A stretch of 64,000 nt of DNA from positions 61,678 through 125,677 of IMG/VR virus record IMGVR_UViG_3300046804_002503; one strand, 5' to 3'. Below the pieces are notes generated by a model, which made no database searches, was not told the DNA's origin, and saw only the letters and a program-made list of their open reading frames with translations. This document shows positions 46,415-56,532 of this stretch, piece after piece. Source of the DNA: a virus. Made by a program: the position numbers and the translations under genes. Every line of letters starts with the position of its first letter. The first letter of the stretch is position 1.

Positions 46415-48388
46415 TTTATCCTTATCTGTCAAGATAGGATCAACTAAGCTAAATGGTGGATTTTCTACAGGTGGGAAAAATCCTGTAGATCCAGTCAATG
46501 ATGTAACTAAATTAGAATTTTGATTGTATCTATCAATCATATTTGTTCCTTGGAAGGGGTCTATTGGATCTACTCCATAGCGTAAGTTGCGAGCCTCCAT
46601 TTTTTTGGCAAATAATCCACCGCCGCCGCACGGTCCGGGCTCTGAGGCATCTCCACCAGATTGGAAGGTGCCGTGATAAGGCGGTGGTACTGGGATAGGA
46701 CTTGCCACAGATCTAGATGCAAACACTCCGGCATTAGTCAATTTATGTGTGGCCTTGGGTGTAGAAACTGATCCAGAAGTTTTCAAGCAAGAAAGACTAT
46801 GATTATGATAGTAATTCCATATAGGAGCTGTTGTTGGTCCTTTTATTAAAACTACAGGTGGTATCAAACAAAATCCACTTTGTATAGGATCCAGTACAGT
46901 GGCCCCCAAGGCCGAGTCATAAATTTCCTTAATCATATCCTTCAATCCTCTACCTGTAAGTAACTCTCCAGGTTGCCAAGCAGTTTCTGTCATTTTTTGA
47001 GCCAAATGACCATTTCTTGTAACCTGAGGTATTAAGCTTTGAACATAAGTCGCCCATTGACTTGGATCTTTAACAGACACTTCCTGCTTCATACTAGGTA
47101 CATTTAATCTTGTACAAGATATTTCTCCGTCTGTTGCAACACCTCCTTTAATGGCTATCTCTCCTCTAATACTTAAAGCACCATGGACCATTACTTTGTC
47201 CGCTTCTAATGAGATACCATCTGCACCAGCTTTTCCTTTGCCTTCTATGCGCACATTGGCTCCTTTAAGAACAGTTAAATTACCGGATCCAATAACTATT
47301 TCTCCTTCAGTTGCTAATAATTCTATAGAACCCGCTTTGAGAGCATAGTGTCCCGAAGTTTCTGTGTCTATACCAGGTGAGCCAGCTTTAATAATAAGCT
47401 GTTCACCACAATTAAAAACCATTTCACCTTTAGTTAAAGAAATGGGTTTAGTATAAATTACTTGTTCACAGTTACCCTCTGTGCTATAGGTCATCGCATT
47501 TACACCTGGGTTTTGTACAAATCTATAAACATGGCTATGGAAATTTTTCTTTGTATATGCTTTAGATTCATTTCTTCTTAAACCACTTTGCAAGTACAAA
47601 GCACCGGCTGCAGATGCTATAAAATTTCCACCCGCCCCAACATCTCGATGTAGTTTGTTTATATTTTCTGTCTGAGCTTCTATAAGTTGTTTTTTGGTTT
47701 TTGTAATTTCTTGAACAGTCAAACGTAAAGATTTAGTTTTACCCGATTTACAAGATGGGCCGCAAGAGTCTGTCTTTTTATTTCTGCCTGCTCCCATTTT
47801 TATCATTTTAAAAGGCAGAACAATAATATCTGTTATAGCATCCAACACAGAAAACAAACTGGATATGAACGGCATTTGTTCTGTAAGCCAACTCCTAGCC
47901 TGTTTAAATATAACCTTAGTGTCTTCTAAGGCGTTGTGTGCCAAAGTACCACTTTCACAAGCACTGCATGGTATTAGTTCATCCTGCACCCCTTTACCAG
48001 CTTCTAAAGCAGTTTGATTTATATTAGCTGCTATATCAACAAGTTGTTTGGCTCGATCTTTAGCATCTTTATCATGTGGACCTACTAAAAATTTTACATC
48101 ACCTTTAACATAAGATAAATGACCCAAACCTACAATGTCTTGTCGATGTCCCTCTACATTAAAAAATGTATCTTTTTTAGAATTTAAAGACATAACAGAA
48201 GGTGCTTGTACACGGACTTTACCTCCCGCTATTAATTTCATATAAGCACCGTCTTGCTGAGAAAGTTCTACACAAGAATAATCTACTGGGTTAGAACGAA
48301 CTTTTTCTTTTACGTGTTGATTGAAAAGAAGTCTACCAGCAGCTCCCTGTAAGCTTTCTACGTGTAAAGTATTTGATTTGTCTTCCAT
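46403..48388 (-). CDS. Baseplate spike-like protein (gp5 C-terminal beta-helix-like)
   Basis: Repetitive beta-strand/Gly segments (V.G....V.G; I.G.L.I.G.I), HNH near the C-terminus; downstream of the gp5 OB-fold gene. Confidence 0.5.
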   Translation of the reverse strand: MEDKSNTLHVESLQGAAGRLLFNQHVKEKVRSNPVDYSCVELSQQDGAYMKLIAGGKVRVQAPSVMSLNSKKDTFFNVEGHRQDIVGLGHLSYVKGDVKFLVGPHDKDAKDRAKQLVDIAANINQTALEAGKGVQDELIPCSACESGTLAHNALEDTKVIFKQARSWLTEQMPFISSLFSVLDAITDIIVLPFKMIKMGAGRNKKTDSCGPSCKSGKTKSLRLTVQEITKTKKQLIEAQTENINKLHRDVGAGGNFIASAAGALYLQSGLRRNESKAYTKKNFHSHVYRFVQNPGVNAMTYSTEGNCEQVIYTKPISLTKGEMVFNCGEQLIIKAGSPGIDTETSGHYALKAGSIELLATEGEIVIGSGNLTVLKGANVRIEGKGKAGADGISLEADKVMVHGALSIRGEIAIKGGVATDGEISCTRLNVPSMKQEVSVKDPSQWATYVQSLIPQVTRNGHLAQKMTETAWQPGELLTGRGLKDMIKEIYDSALGATVLDPIQSGFCLIPPVVLIKGPTTAPIWNYYHNHSLSCLKTSGSVSTPKATHKLTNAGVFASRSVASPIPVPPPYHGTFQSGGDASEPGPCGGGGLFAKKMEARNLRYGVDPIDPFQGTNMIDRYNQNSNLVTSLTGSTGFFPPVENPPFSLVDPILTDKDKLDC

Positions 48389-48405
48389 AATTTAATATCT
48401 ATTTA

Positions 48406-48480
48406 AAGCCTTTGTGAAATCTGTTTTTTATCCAGAGTAAAGCCTATAAGCCTTTGTGAAATCTGTTTTTTTACCCAGAG
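48406..48480. repeat. Imperfect ~32-bp direct repeat, two copies
   Basis: AAGCCTTTGTGAAATCTGTTTTTT(T)A(T/C)CCAGAG at 48406-48437 and 48448-48480. Confidence 0.9.
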
Positions 48481-50251
48481 CAGCATCTTCTCGCAATTTA
48501 CCGTTTTGCCAAGAAAAAACTGCAAGGTAGCCCTGGGATCTTCTTTCTGAATCAGGACTCAATCCTACTATACCCCAAACTTTTCCGTCTGAGACAAGGT
48601 CACCAGGCTTAAGTTTAACCTCTACATTTGGATCTGAACCATCTAAAAATTCAGCTTGGCGAGAATTTTTTAAGCCATCTTCGAGACCTTTGCCTTTATC
48701 AATTAAACCGGCTTGTTGTAACATATACTGAGCAGCAGCTTCTGTATTCGTAATTCCTGGAGGAAATTCATTGTTTATAAAATATTCTAATTGATCATTA
48801 TACTTTGCCGCCGCATTCAGATTGTCTTCTGAACTATCATTATTATTATTACTAGGCAAAGAAGAAGTATTGGTGTTTCTACTAGTTGACGGTTCTCCGG
48901 TTAATTGAACCGGTGCACCTCCACCACCAGTTCGGGACTCAGAATTGGGTTCTGTTACGCCTGCAAAATAAACCGGTTTCATTACATCTCCACCAAGAAA
49001 AAATACCCACACCATAGTACCTCGTTTGGGTTTAGAACCCATACCTCCTGGATTAGTTACGTTGCCATAAGATCCAGAAGCTTGCCGAACCGTAGGGTCT
49101 AAGGCCACAATAGGAGCATTGCCATCTGCAGGAGTAAAAGTACCATTTTTTTTGTCTTCTGCTATAGTTTCAGGATCTCCACCAGCAATTTGTTGTTTGT
49201 AAGATGGATTTTGCTGGGCGACTTTTTGATAAACCGGACTTTTTTGTAAAAGTTTTGCAAGATCCGCCGTAGTCATTTTTGCTCCATTGAAAGAATATCC
49301 AGTTAGATTGAGGTTACTACCACTTATAGTTACTCCCTTTCCCTTTAAATCTTGAACCACATCACGCCACCACTGTGCACGAGCGGTTACTTCATTGGTG
49401 TCTTTATATCCAGCTTTGCTAAATACATCGTTGTCATTGACTCTATTCTCTATACTACCCTTTGTTATAGTTAAATCACTTAAACTAAAGTTTTTTTCAA
49501 AATTTACAGGCTGGCTTTTTCCTGGTACAGGTGGATGCCAAAAATCTATTCTATCACCTACATCCGGCCTTTTGGGGTCAGTGGTATCTGCTATAGTTAC
49601 AGTCTTACCATTCGGAAATGTAATTCGAGCTCCTATAACATTTCCCCCCAACTCTGGATATGCAGCTAATATTTTTGCCTTTAAACTAGGAGAAACGGCG
49701 ACAGAATCATCATCCAACCACACCCCAGAACCTAAAAGACCCGCCGAATAAGTGTCTAAAGTGCTTTCATCCAAAGTTCCTTCTTTGCCGTCGTAAAATC
49801 CATAATTAGTAGCCGTTATACTGCCACCCGAACCTCCTGTAATTGTAGAAGAAGTGATTTTAGAACCGCCAGTAATTGTAGAAGAGGTAGCCCCCTTTAC
49901 TACTGGATTAGCATTACCGTCTAAATGTGTATTAGAAGTTCCGCCCTGTTGTCTAATGATTTGTGATTTGTTTGTTTCAGGATTGTTGGACAAAGACCCA
50001 TTACCACCAAAGATGGGTCTAGCAGCTTCCGCCCAAGGCAAAGATCTCATTAAACGGTTCTGCAAACTTATATCTAAATTATCTAACCAACCCGGTCCCA
50101 GAGCTATATCTTTCATAGCAGAATTCCATCCACTATAAAGAGTCATAGACAAGTGAGGTACAAAAACCTGTACCCTGTTTCTAAATTCTGGGTCGTTATT
50201 ATTAATAACTATACCTATATGATTACCATATATAGGATCTTTAGTGTACAT
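48428..50251 (-). CDS. gp5/VgrG-like baseplate hub protein: OB-fold with inserted 3D (lytic transglycosylase-like) domain
   Basis: GIVINNNDPE..NRVQV.VP...LPWA and PKRGTMVWVFF.GGD...PVYFAG flank ATNYG...VAVSP...G..I......IADT...RIDFW. Confidence 0.7.
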   Translation of the reverse strand: MYTKDPIYGNHIGIVINNNDPEFRNRVQVFVPHLSMTLYSGWNSAMKDIALGPGWLDNLDISLQNRLMRSLPWAEAARPIFGGNGSLSNNPETNKSQIIRQQGGTSNTHLDGNANPVVKGATSSTITGGSKITSSTITGGSGGSITATNYGFYDGKEGTLDESTLDTYSAGLLGSGVWLDDDSVAVSPSLKAKILAAYPELGGNVIGARITFPNGKTVTIADTTDPKRPDVGDRIDFWHPPVPGKSQPVNFEKNFSLSDLTITKGSIENRVNDNDVFSKAGYKDTNEVTARAQWWRDVVQDLKGKGVTISGSNLNLTGYSFNGAKMTTADLAKLLQKSPVYQKVAQQNPSYKQQIAGGDPETIAEDKKNGTFTPADGNAPIVALDPTVRQASGSYGNVTNPGGMGSKPKRGTMVWVFFLGGDVMKPVYFAGVTEPNSESRTGGGGAPVQLTGEPSTSRNTNTSSLPSNNNNDSSEDNLNAAAKYNDQLEYFINNEFPPGITNTEAAAQYMLQQAGLIDKGKGLEDGLKNSRQAEFLDGSDPNVEVKLKPGDLVSDGKVWGIVGLSPDSERRSQGYLAVFSWQNGKLREDAALGKKTDFTKAYRLYSG

Positions 50252-50254
50252 ACT

Positions 50255-51712
50255 TTAGTTAGAATCTTTATTTTCTTTTTGTTTAGCTTCAGAATCTTTA
50301 GGAGCATCTTTAAAAACACTTTTAGAAGTCTCCCATAAACTTTGACTGGATTGTTGTATACCACTCCACATTTTCTGACCGGATTTTTGAAAATTGGCAA
50401 AGTCTTCTGTTAAATTGTGTAGCACAGAAGACCCATCTGCAGCTAATTCCCAAAGAGAACTACCCGTCCAACGACTTCGTGGATCACTATAAGCTAATGG
50501 TTTTAGTTCTATAGGACCCTGGAAAACTGGAGCTGTAGATCTTTGCCATTTGCTATTATTTAAATTAACTGTACCAAAAGAGTCTACCACAGGTTCTAAA
50601 GGCCCCAATTTAGCTCCCAATTTGTAACGTTTAACTATAGTATTAATAGTTGCTATAGCAGTACTATTAAATTGTTTGTTAAAGCTAGTATACTTGGCTA
50701 TAAAATTAGTAAACATTTCTGGTATCTTATCTAGCTTATTTATATAATCAAAAAAAGCACCAACCTCTTTAGGAAACAAAGCCGGTAAAAGGGCTGTGAT
50801 AGGATTGTAAATGTATGTAATAATTTGACTACCCCAATTAACTACAGTTTGTAAAATGTTAAACATTTTGAAGAAACTGTCACTGGCATTAAACAATTGA
50901 CCAAAAAAAGCTAAGTCATCTAGCAAAGATTGTATGCAACTGAATATAAAACAGAACGCATAAAGAATCATTTGCAAATTTCCTTTTAAAAATTTGTTAA
51001 CAATAAATTTTTGAAGAGCCAAGATTTGTTGATTTATCCATAGCTTGGCAATAATAATGGCATCTTTAATACCCTTATAAATGTCTTGTACAGCTTGTTG
51101 AAAAGACTTTACCATACCTGTAATACCATTCATTATCTGAGCTAAAGAACCAGCTTTTAAATTTGGTATGGCTTCTAACCAAGCTTTAGTTTTTAAGGCA
51201 TTACCAAAGTCTACTATAGAGTCTATATACTTGTTATGATAAGCCCTCAAAGCATTTTCTAATTCACCATTAGCCATTTGCTGGGTAGTTTCTACAGGTG
51301 AGGTTATGGTTAAAGCATTAATTGCTTTTACCAAAAATCCTAAACCGCTTAAGTCTAATAATTCACCCTTTCTACCCGCCGGAGACAAAGCTTTCATTCT
51401 GTCACGTATACCTATTTTTTTTAAAATACCGTGTTTAGAATTACAAAAATCATTATAAAATTTGGGTGTGATATATACTTGAGATGTCTCATCCTTGTCA
51501 TGATCAGAATCTGCAGGCACTTCTTGATCTATGCAAGAAAATCCTAATATTAAAATAGACATGTAAGCCTTATAAACTTTATGATCTTTGCCAGCCTCTA
51601 GTCTTAAAGCTTTAAGATCAGCATCATTTACTCCAAACAGCTTTAGCTGTGTTTCCATGTCGTTTTCTGCACCAAAAAATATAGTTCCGCCTCTAGCTTC
51701 TGTTTTTTTCAT
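50255..51712 (-). CDS. Hypothetical structural protein
   Basis: 485-aa helical protein with hydrophobic segments within the baseplate module. Confidence 0.5.
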   Translation of the reverse strand: MKKTEARGGTIFFGAENDMETQLKLFGVNDADLKALRLEAGKDHKVYKAYMSILILGFSCIDQEVPADSDHDKDETSQVYITPKFYNDFCNSKHGILKKIGIRDRMKALSPAGRKGELLDLSGLGFLVKAINALTITSPVETTQQMANGELENALRAYHNKYIDSIVDFGNALKTKAWLEAIPNLKAGSLAQIMNGITGMVKSFQQAVQDIYKGIKDAIIIAKLWINQQILALQKFIVNKFLKGNLQMILYAFCFIFSCIQSLLDDLAFFGQLFNASDSFFKMFNILQTVVNWGSQIITYIYNPITALLPALFPKEVGAFFDYINKLDKIPEMFTNFIAKYTSFNKQFNSTAIATINTIVKRYKLGAKLGPLEPVVDSFGTVNLNNSKWQRSTAPVFQGPIELKPLAYSDPRSRWTGSSLWELAADGSSVLHNLTEDFANFQKSGQKMWSGIQQSSQSLWETSKSVFKDAPKDSEAKQKENKDSN

Positions 51713-51713
51713 A

Positions 51714-52040
51714 TTACCATTTTCCTATAGGACATTTCTCGGCCTTAAGATAAGTCTTGATTGCCATCTTGCATCCACATTTGGAGCATCTCTCTTGATA
51801 ACTGTTATAAAATTCACACCCTTTACATATAGCCAATCTACCATTAGCTTCAAACTCAGAAACGGATAAAGAATTACCAGCAGCTATACTTTTAATGTTA
51901 TTTAAAACACTTGCAGACAAATTTTTAGCCATTTCAACTACTGAAGGCATCTCTTGATTTTTTTCAGAAAGATGAGGATTAGATTGTAAATGTTTCTTTT
52001 TGATTTCTTTAAATCTATCCATTAACTGGTCTTTTGTCAT
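51714..52040 (-). CDS. Small Cys-rich protein (DUF6171-like)
   Basis: RLAICKGC...RCSKCGC.M..K......CP.GKW. Confidence 0.65.
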   Translation of the reverse strand: MTKDQLMDRFKEIKKKHLQSNPHLSEKNQEMPSVVEMAKNLSASVLNNIKSIAAGNSLSVSEFEANGRLAICKGCEFYNSYQERCSKCGCKMAIKTYLKAEKCPIGKW

Positions 52041-52052
52041 ATTAAATAATTA

Positions 52053-53684
52053 TTAAGAAGGCGCAATATCCTTTTTAAGAACAACTCCGGCGGCGTCAAA
52101 ACGGTTACACCATATATTATTTTTATATACACCTTTGGAAAAGGAATGTACTACTCGAGTTAATAACCATTGCCCGAGTAATTGATTATCAAAAGGATTT
52201 TGATCATATTGATGCCTTTCTAAATTGATAAATTTTCCCGGTGTTCTAAAAGTTAATCCTTTTGTTTCAAAATATAAAGCATTTCCCAAAAATGTTACGT
52301 CTTTAACCATTTCCATTAATCCTATATCATTGGGTGTATATGTTAGGGGGCTAAATATGGGCTTAGTAGCTAAACCAGCTAGTTTAGTTCGATTAACATT
52401 CAACAAAACTTGGCCTTCTACTTCATCACTTGTTGAATATAAACCTTTACTTAAATCTTTTATTTTATTTCTTAAATTTTCAGCAGTGTTTGCCACCATG
52501 CTAATTTCATATTGACACTTTTCAAAATTAAATTTAACAACGGGTTTGTTTACTATGTCTAAATCATCCACAGGTGACATCGGAACAAAATTGTAATTTG
52601 TAATTATAGAAGCTTCTTTGGAAATAAAATTGGTAGAAGTTGTAGAGTTTATGTCCGGACCACGAGGAATTCGAGGAGTGGTATTTTCTAAACCGTCATC
52701 TATTATTAAAGTTTCTATCTGAAACTTAGTTGCATTTTTGTAATAATAAGACAAAGACAATAGCCTCCAATACTTGTCATAAGAATTTCTTCCCATACTT
52801 AAAATAACTGGAAATCTGTCTGAAGAAATTGTGTTCTGTAACAAATGATTTAAGTCTTGTAAAGCATTGTGATTTGCAGCTGACGTATTAAAAATTTTAT
52901 TACTCTCATGCCCAGCATCCCACCTTTTTAAATCTATATTACTAAACGGAATGTCTGGAGTATTAATAGCACCTTCTTCTGTGTATCCTACATTAACAGC
53001 TGCTGCTGAACCAGCCGATTGCCCAACCGCATTAATTAAATTTGCTATAGCTACAGTGCCTTTTAAGCCTCTTTCAGAATCTTTTTTATAAAATTGAGTA
53101 GAGGTGGTCCATTCTACATTACGTTCTAAAAAAATTTGATGCCTTTCGTCTTTAAAATACAAAGTTTTATAGCGCATCACTGCGTCATTACTAGTAGAAT
53201 CTTGTGTATCATATATTACACAATCAAATTGCATCTCCCACAATTTCGGATCCAATTCTACGTTCCTAGCCACATCTTCCATGTAAGGAGCTATTTTAAT
53301 AGAAATCCGATTGCGCCCGTCACTCCTAAGAACCATAGGAGCCGACATAAACCTGTCATAATCATTTATTCCTCTAAACAAAGATTCATGTTGGCTTTCT
53401 AATACAATATATCCTGTTACAGACCAGCTCAATAAAGATTCTTCTATAACTAATTGTTGTATTACAGCAGCCGGTATTGGATAAGGTTCATATCCAGACA
53501 TACCACTCCAGAACCACACTTCCATCCAATAAACCGAATCACCTATTTGATACAAAAATCGATCTTTAGGCTGGCTCCTTTTGAGATTTACAGCAGCTTT
53601 AACATCACCGGCTGTAGGCCGAATAGCTGCATTTTTTTCTTCTGTACCCGCAAGAGCGGAAGCTAGCTGTTGTAAATCGGGCAT
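52053..53684 (-). CDS. Putative baseplate hub protein (gp27-like)
   Basis: L.IEESL....G.I.L at the N-terminus; G...R.PGKFI...G.W....V.H.F at the C-terminus. Confidence 0.6.
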   Translation of the reverse strand: MPDLQQLASALAGTEEKNAAIRPTAGDVKAAVNLKRSQPKDRFLYQIGDSVYWMEVWFWSGMSGYEPYPIPAAVIQQLVIEESLLSWSVTGYIVLESQHESLFRGINDYDRFMSAPMVLRSDGRNRISIKIAPYMEDVARNVELDPKLWEMQFDCVIYDTQDSTSNDAVMRYKTLYFKDERHQIFLERNVEWTTSTQFYKKDSERGLKGTVAIANLINAVGQSAGSAAAVNVGYTEEGAINTPDIPFSNIDLKRWDAGHESNKIFNTSAANHNALQDLNHLLQNTISSDRFPVILSMGRNSYDKYWRLLSLSYYYKNATKFQIETLIIDDGLENTTPRIPRGPDINSTTSTNFISKEASIITNYNFVPMSPVDDLDIVNKPVVKFNFEKCQYEISMVANTAENLRNKIKDLSKGLYSTSDEVEGQVLLNVNRTKLAGLATKPIFSPLTYTPNDIGLMEMVKDVTFLGNALYFETKGLTFRTPGKFINLERHQYDQNPFDNQLLGQWLLTRVVHSFSKGVYKNNIWCNRFDAAGVVLKKDIAPS

Positions 53685-53686
53685 AA

Positions 53687-54292
53687 TTAAATACTTTCAT
53701 TCACACTATTCATCAGCTCTACTATAAGCTGATCATATACAAAAGTTACGGTACCACTTATTTCACCGTTTTCTTGATGAGAATAATTTAATTCACTCAA
53801 AGAAGTAATGATGGCATTTTTATATTTAAAAGAAACAATTTTATTGTTATATTCATCTAAAGTATATAACATAAAAGTAGCTTGATAATCTGTTAAAGGT
53901 GTGGGAGAGGTAGAAATGTTATGCCACACTCCAAACCCCTCTGGAGGATTAGACACTTCAGAGGTTGATGTACTTTGATCATTAAAAAGATTTAACCAGC
54001 GCCATAAAATCCAATAATTTTGATATCCATTATCTACCAAATATTTTAAAGACAAAGCCGGCGCCGCTGGTCTAACATGACTAGAAATATAAGCATTTTG
54101 TCCACCATAAGGAACCTTAATTTCTGGTATATCTATTCTAGGCACTGGACTGCCAAAAACTGTAAACTGAATAGAATCTGCTTTAAATTTATCTTTCAAA
54201 ATATTATCTGTAGATTTCTTTAAAGCATTGGGCAGATCTAAAATTAAATTAAATTTATCTAACCTAGAACGATTGAGTACGGATTGATTCAT
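53687..54292 (-). CDS. Tail-tube-fold protein (gp3/gp19-like tail completion)
   Basis: L.LKYLVD..YQNY..LW.W, L..LD.YNN....F.Y..A..TSL, TF.Y. Confidence 0.65.
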   Translation of the reverse strand: MNQSVLNRSRLDKFNLILDLPNALKKSTDNILKDKFKADSIQFTVFGSPVPRIDIPEIKVPYGGQNAYISSHVRPAAPALSLKYLVDNGYQNYWILWRWLNLFNDQSTSTSEVSNPPEGFGVWHNISTSPTPLTDYQATFMLYTLDEYNNKIVSFKYKNAIITSLSELNYSHQENGEISGTVTFVYDQLIVELMNSVNESI

Positions 54293-54293
54293 A

Positions 54294-56150
54294 TTAAAAA
54301 ATTATTACTGGACGATATTCATTTATAGCTTGATTATCTTCTGGTTCTGTAGGTTTTTGAACCAAGCTATAACAATCTTGATGGAGCCATTTAAACAATT
54401 CAAATGCTTCACGGTCCATAGCAGACTCTACAGCATTTTTTTCATTAATAATAGAAGGTAAAATGTTTAATTGCTTTTTAAGTGAAGGTGTAGAAACACC
54501 AGTTAACAACGGGCTTTGTCTAATTAATTCTGTATTATCATGCAGAGAAGATATTCTCATCGGTCGCCCCTGATTGTCATATTCACCCACAGAAAAACAA
54601 GAAGTTACCAAGGTTGGCATTAAGATGAATAAAGCCCACACTGAAGATAACACTCTGTCATCTAAATTATCACTCGTTCTTTTGGTGTAAGTGTAATTAG
54701 GCATTCTAACAAAATTGTATAATTCTATTAAAGTATCTAAGTCTTGAAATCTGACTACTTTTAAACTATTGCTCCAGTATCTAAAATTAGTAATACCATT
54801 GTATCGAGTATTGGTATGGTTAAAAATACCTTTACGATTTTCAGTTTTATAACCTTTAGTATTCCCGTCTGGTTGATACGTAACTATATTTTCATAGTTG
54901 TATGTGCGATATAAAACATCCAATACCTGTTGCCCGTTATTATTTGTTTCAATTAAGACCGGAGGTCTACCCCAGTCTATCAATAGATTTAATAGACGTG
55001 AACCGAAATGATATGGACTAATGCTATTAGAAGCGTAAATCGCTACTTGTCGTATCTCTTGTAAGTCTGTTACATCAAAAACTTGAGCCACTGTATTAGA
55101 TCTGCCAATACCTTCTCCGACATCAACACCCATGATGTACAAATGTCCTGGTTGTGGAAGTTGGAATATTTTATAAGAACCATCGTCCTTGACCAAAACT
55201 GGTTCAGAACATTGAGCCTTTAATTCTTCTAAATAAGCCGTGTCTATAATTGTTCTTCCCGGAGCTAAAAAGACATTACCAAATTCTTGATCAAAATCTT
55301 CTTCACCTTTACCCTCTTCTTTTAACAATTCTATTGCTTGATTTTTCCAAGCTTCGTCACGACCCGGAACATCCCACCAATCAATTCTTTCTAAATTCCA
55401 AATACTATTTTCCTTTTGAGCATCTTGATATAGCTGATAAAATTTATTGTCGGTTCCATTTGGTGTACTAATAACTACAATCTGAGATTTTTTAGATTGA
55501 ATAACAATAGGAATAGCCGATTTCCAAAGCTCTTTCATGATCTCTGGAGGACAGAAAGCCATTTCATCAATAATCAAAAGGTTACTAGTACCACCACGAG
55601 GACCTGCTGCAGAGGTAGTACTAATTCTTATAGCAGAATCGTTTCTTAAAATAAAACCATCTTTACGCCATGACTTAATAGCTGGCTTGAGATAAATTGG
55701 CATTTGTTCGTAAGCCATTTTAATACGAGCAAAAATTTCTTTGGCTGTAGATTCTTTGTTAGCTACAATAGTAACATTTTTATCATCATTAAAACAACAC
55801 AACCACAAAGCATAAATTGCTATACAAGTAGTTTTTCCAGACTGACGAGAACTCAATACAATATTGAAACGATTAGCTTTAAAAGCTTTTAATAATTTTT
55901 TTTGATATTTATATAGCTGAATTTTTTGTTTACCTTCATCTAGTGTAACAATTTGATAATGATTTTCTGCAAAATGTAATATACTTTTTTTACAAAGCTT
56001 GAGATCTTCCACCATCTCCTCTGTCCATTTAAACGTACCATCTCTACGCAAAATGTTTTCGTTACCTTGATAGAATTTACCATCTACCAAGATATCTTGT
56101 GGATTATCTGGATCTATATCATCCTCTTCAAACTCTGTTTCAGTTCGCAT
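54294..56150 (-). CDS. gp17: Terminase large subunit (gp17)
   Basis: LYKYQ, SRQSGKTT, LIIDEMAF, STPNG, QEF, GVDVGEG, IETN, DDRV. Confidence 0.95.
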   Translation of the reverse strand: MRTETEFEEDDIDPDNPQDILVDGKFYQGNENILRRDGTFKWTEEMVEDLKLCKKSILHFAENHYQIVTLDEGKQKIQLYKYQKKLLKAFKANRFNIVLSSRQSGKTTCIAIYALWLCCFNDDKNVTIVANKESTAKEIFARIKMAYEQMPIYLKPAIKSWRKDGFILRNDSAIRISTTSAAGPRGGTSNLLIIDEMAFCPPEIMKELWKSAIPIVIQSKKSQIVVISTPNGTDNKFYQLYQDAQKENSIWNLERIDWWDVPGRDEAWKNQAIELLKEEGKGEEDFDQEFGNVFLAPGRTIIDTAYLEELKAQCSEPVLVKDDGSYKIFQLPQPGHLYIMGVDVGEGIGRSNTVAQVFDVTDLQEIRQVAIYASNSISPYHFGSRLLNLLIDWGRPPVLIETNNNGQQVLDVLYRTYNYENIVTYQPDGNTKGYKTENRKGIFNHTNTRYNGITNFRYWSNSLKVVRFQDLDTLIELYNFVRMPNYTYTKRTSDNLDDRVLSSVWALFILMPTLVTSCFSVGEYDNQGRPMRISSLHDNTELIRQSPLLTGVSTPSLKKQLNILPSIINEKNAVESAMDREAFELFKWLHQDCYSLVQKPTEPEDNQAINEYRPVIIF

Positions 56151-56155
56151 AATAA

Positions 56156-56515
56156 CTAACTATTTAGTTGCCCCTTTAATTGATTCAATACCAAACCAAC
56201 ATATTCCTTTTTCAATATCCTTAACAGAAATCCAGGATCTGGCATTAACACCGGATTGGTAATACCATTATAAACACACACTAACCACCACAATTCTATA
56301 GTGTTATAATATTTATAAGAAATAGAAACCCACGTATCTTGTGGCATAGTTCTATAAGAAATTTCTATATTATCATCATTTGCTGGAAAAATGTTTATAG
56401 ACCTTAATATGTTATAAAATTTTTCTCCAGTTTCAATGTCATCATAGATATTAAAAAAATTCTCATATCTATAAGGGCTAATAGTAGGTAGATCATCAAA
56501 TTGATTTTGTTTCAT
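56156..56515 (-). CDS. Baseplate wedge protein (gp53-like, LysM-type)
   Basis: DTW..ISYKYY....LWW.....N.I.NP....G..L.I. Confidence 0.75.
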   Translation of the reverse strand: MKQNQFDDLPTISPYRYENFFNIYDDIETGEKFYNILRSINIFPANDDNIEISYRTMPQDTWVSISYKYYNTIELWWLVCVYNGITNPVLMPDPGFLLRILKKEYVGLVLNQLKGQLNS

Positions 56516-56532
56516 AAAATATTACCAAGGTA

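Noticed and set aside
49830-49885. 33-nt-period direct repeat
   Set aside because: In-frame duplication encoding the SSTITGGS linker in the gp5-like gene; covered under that finding
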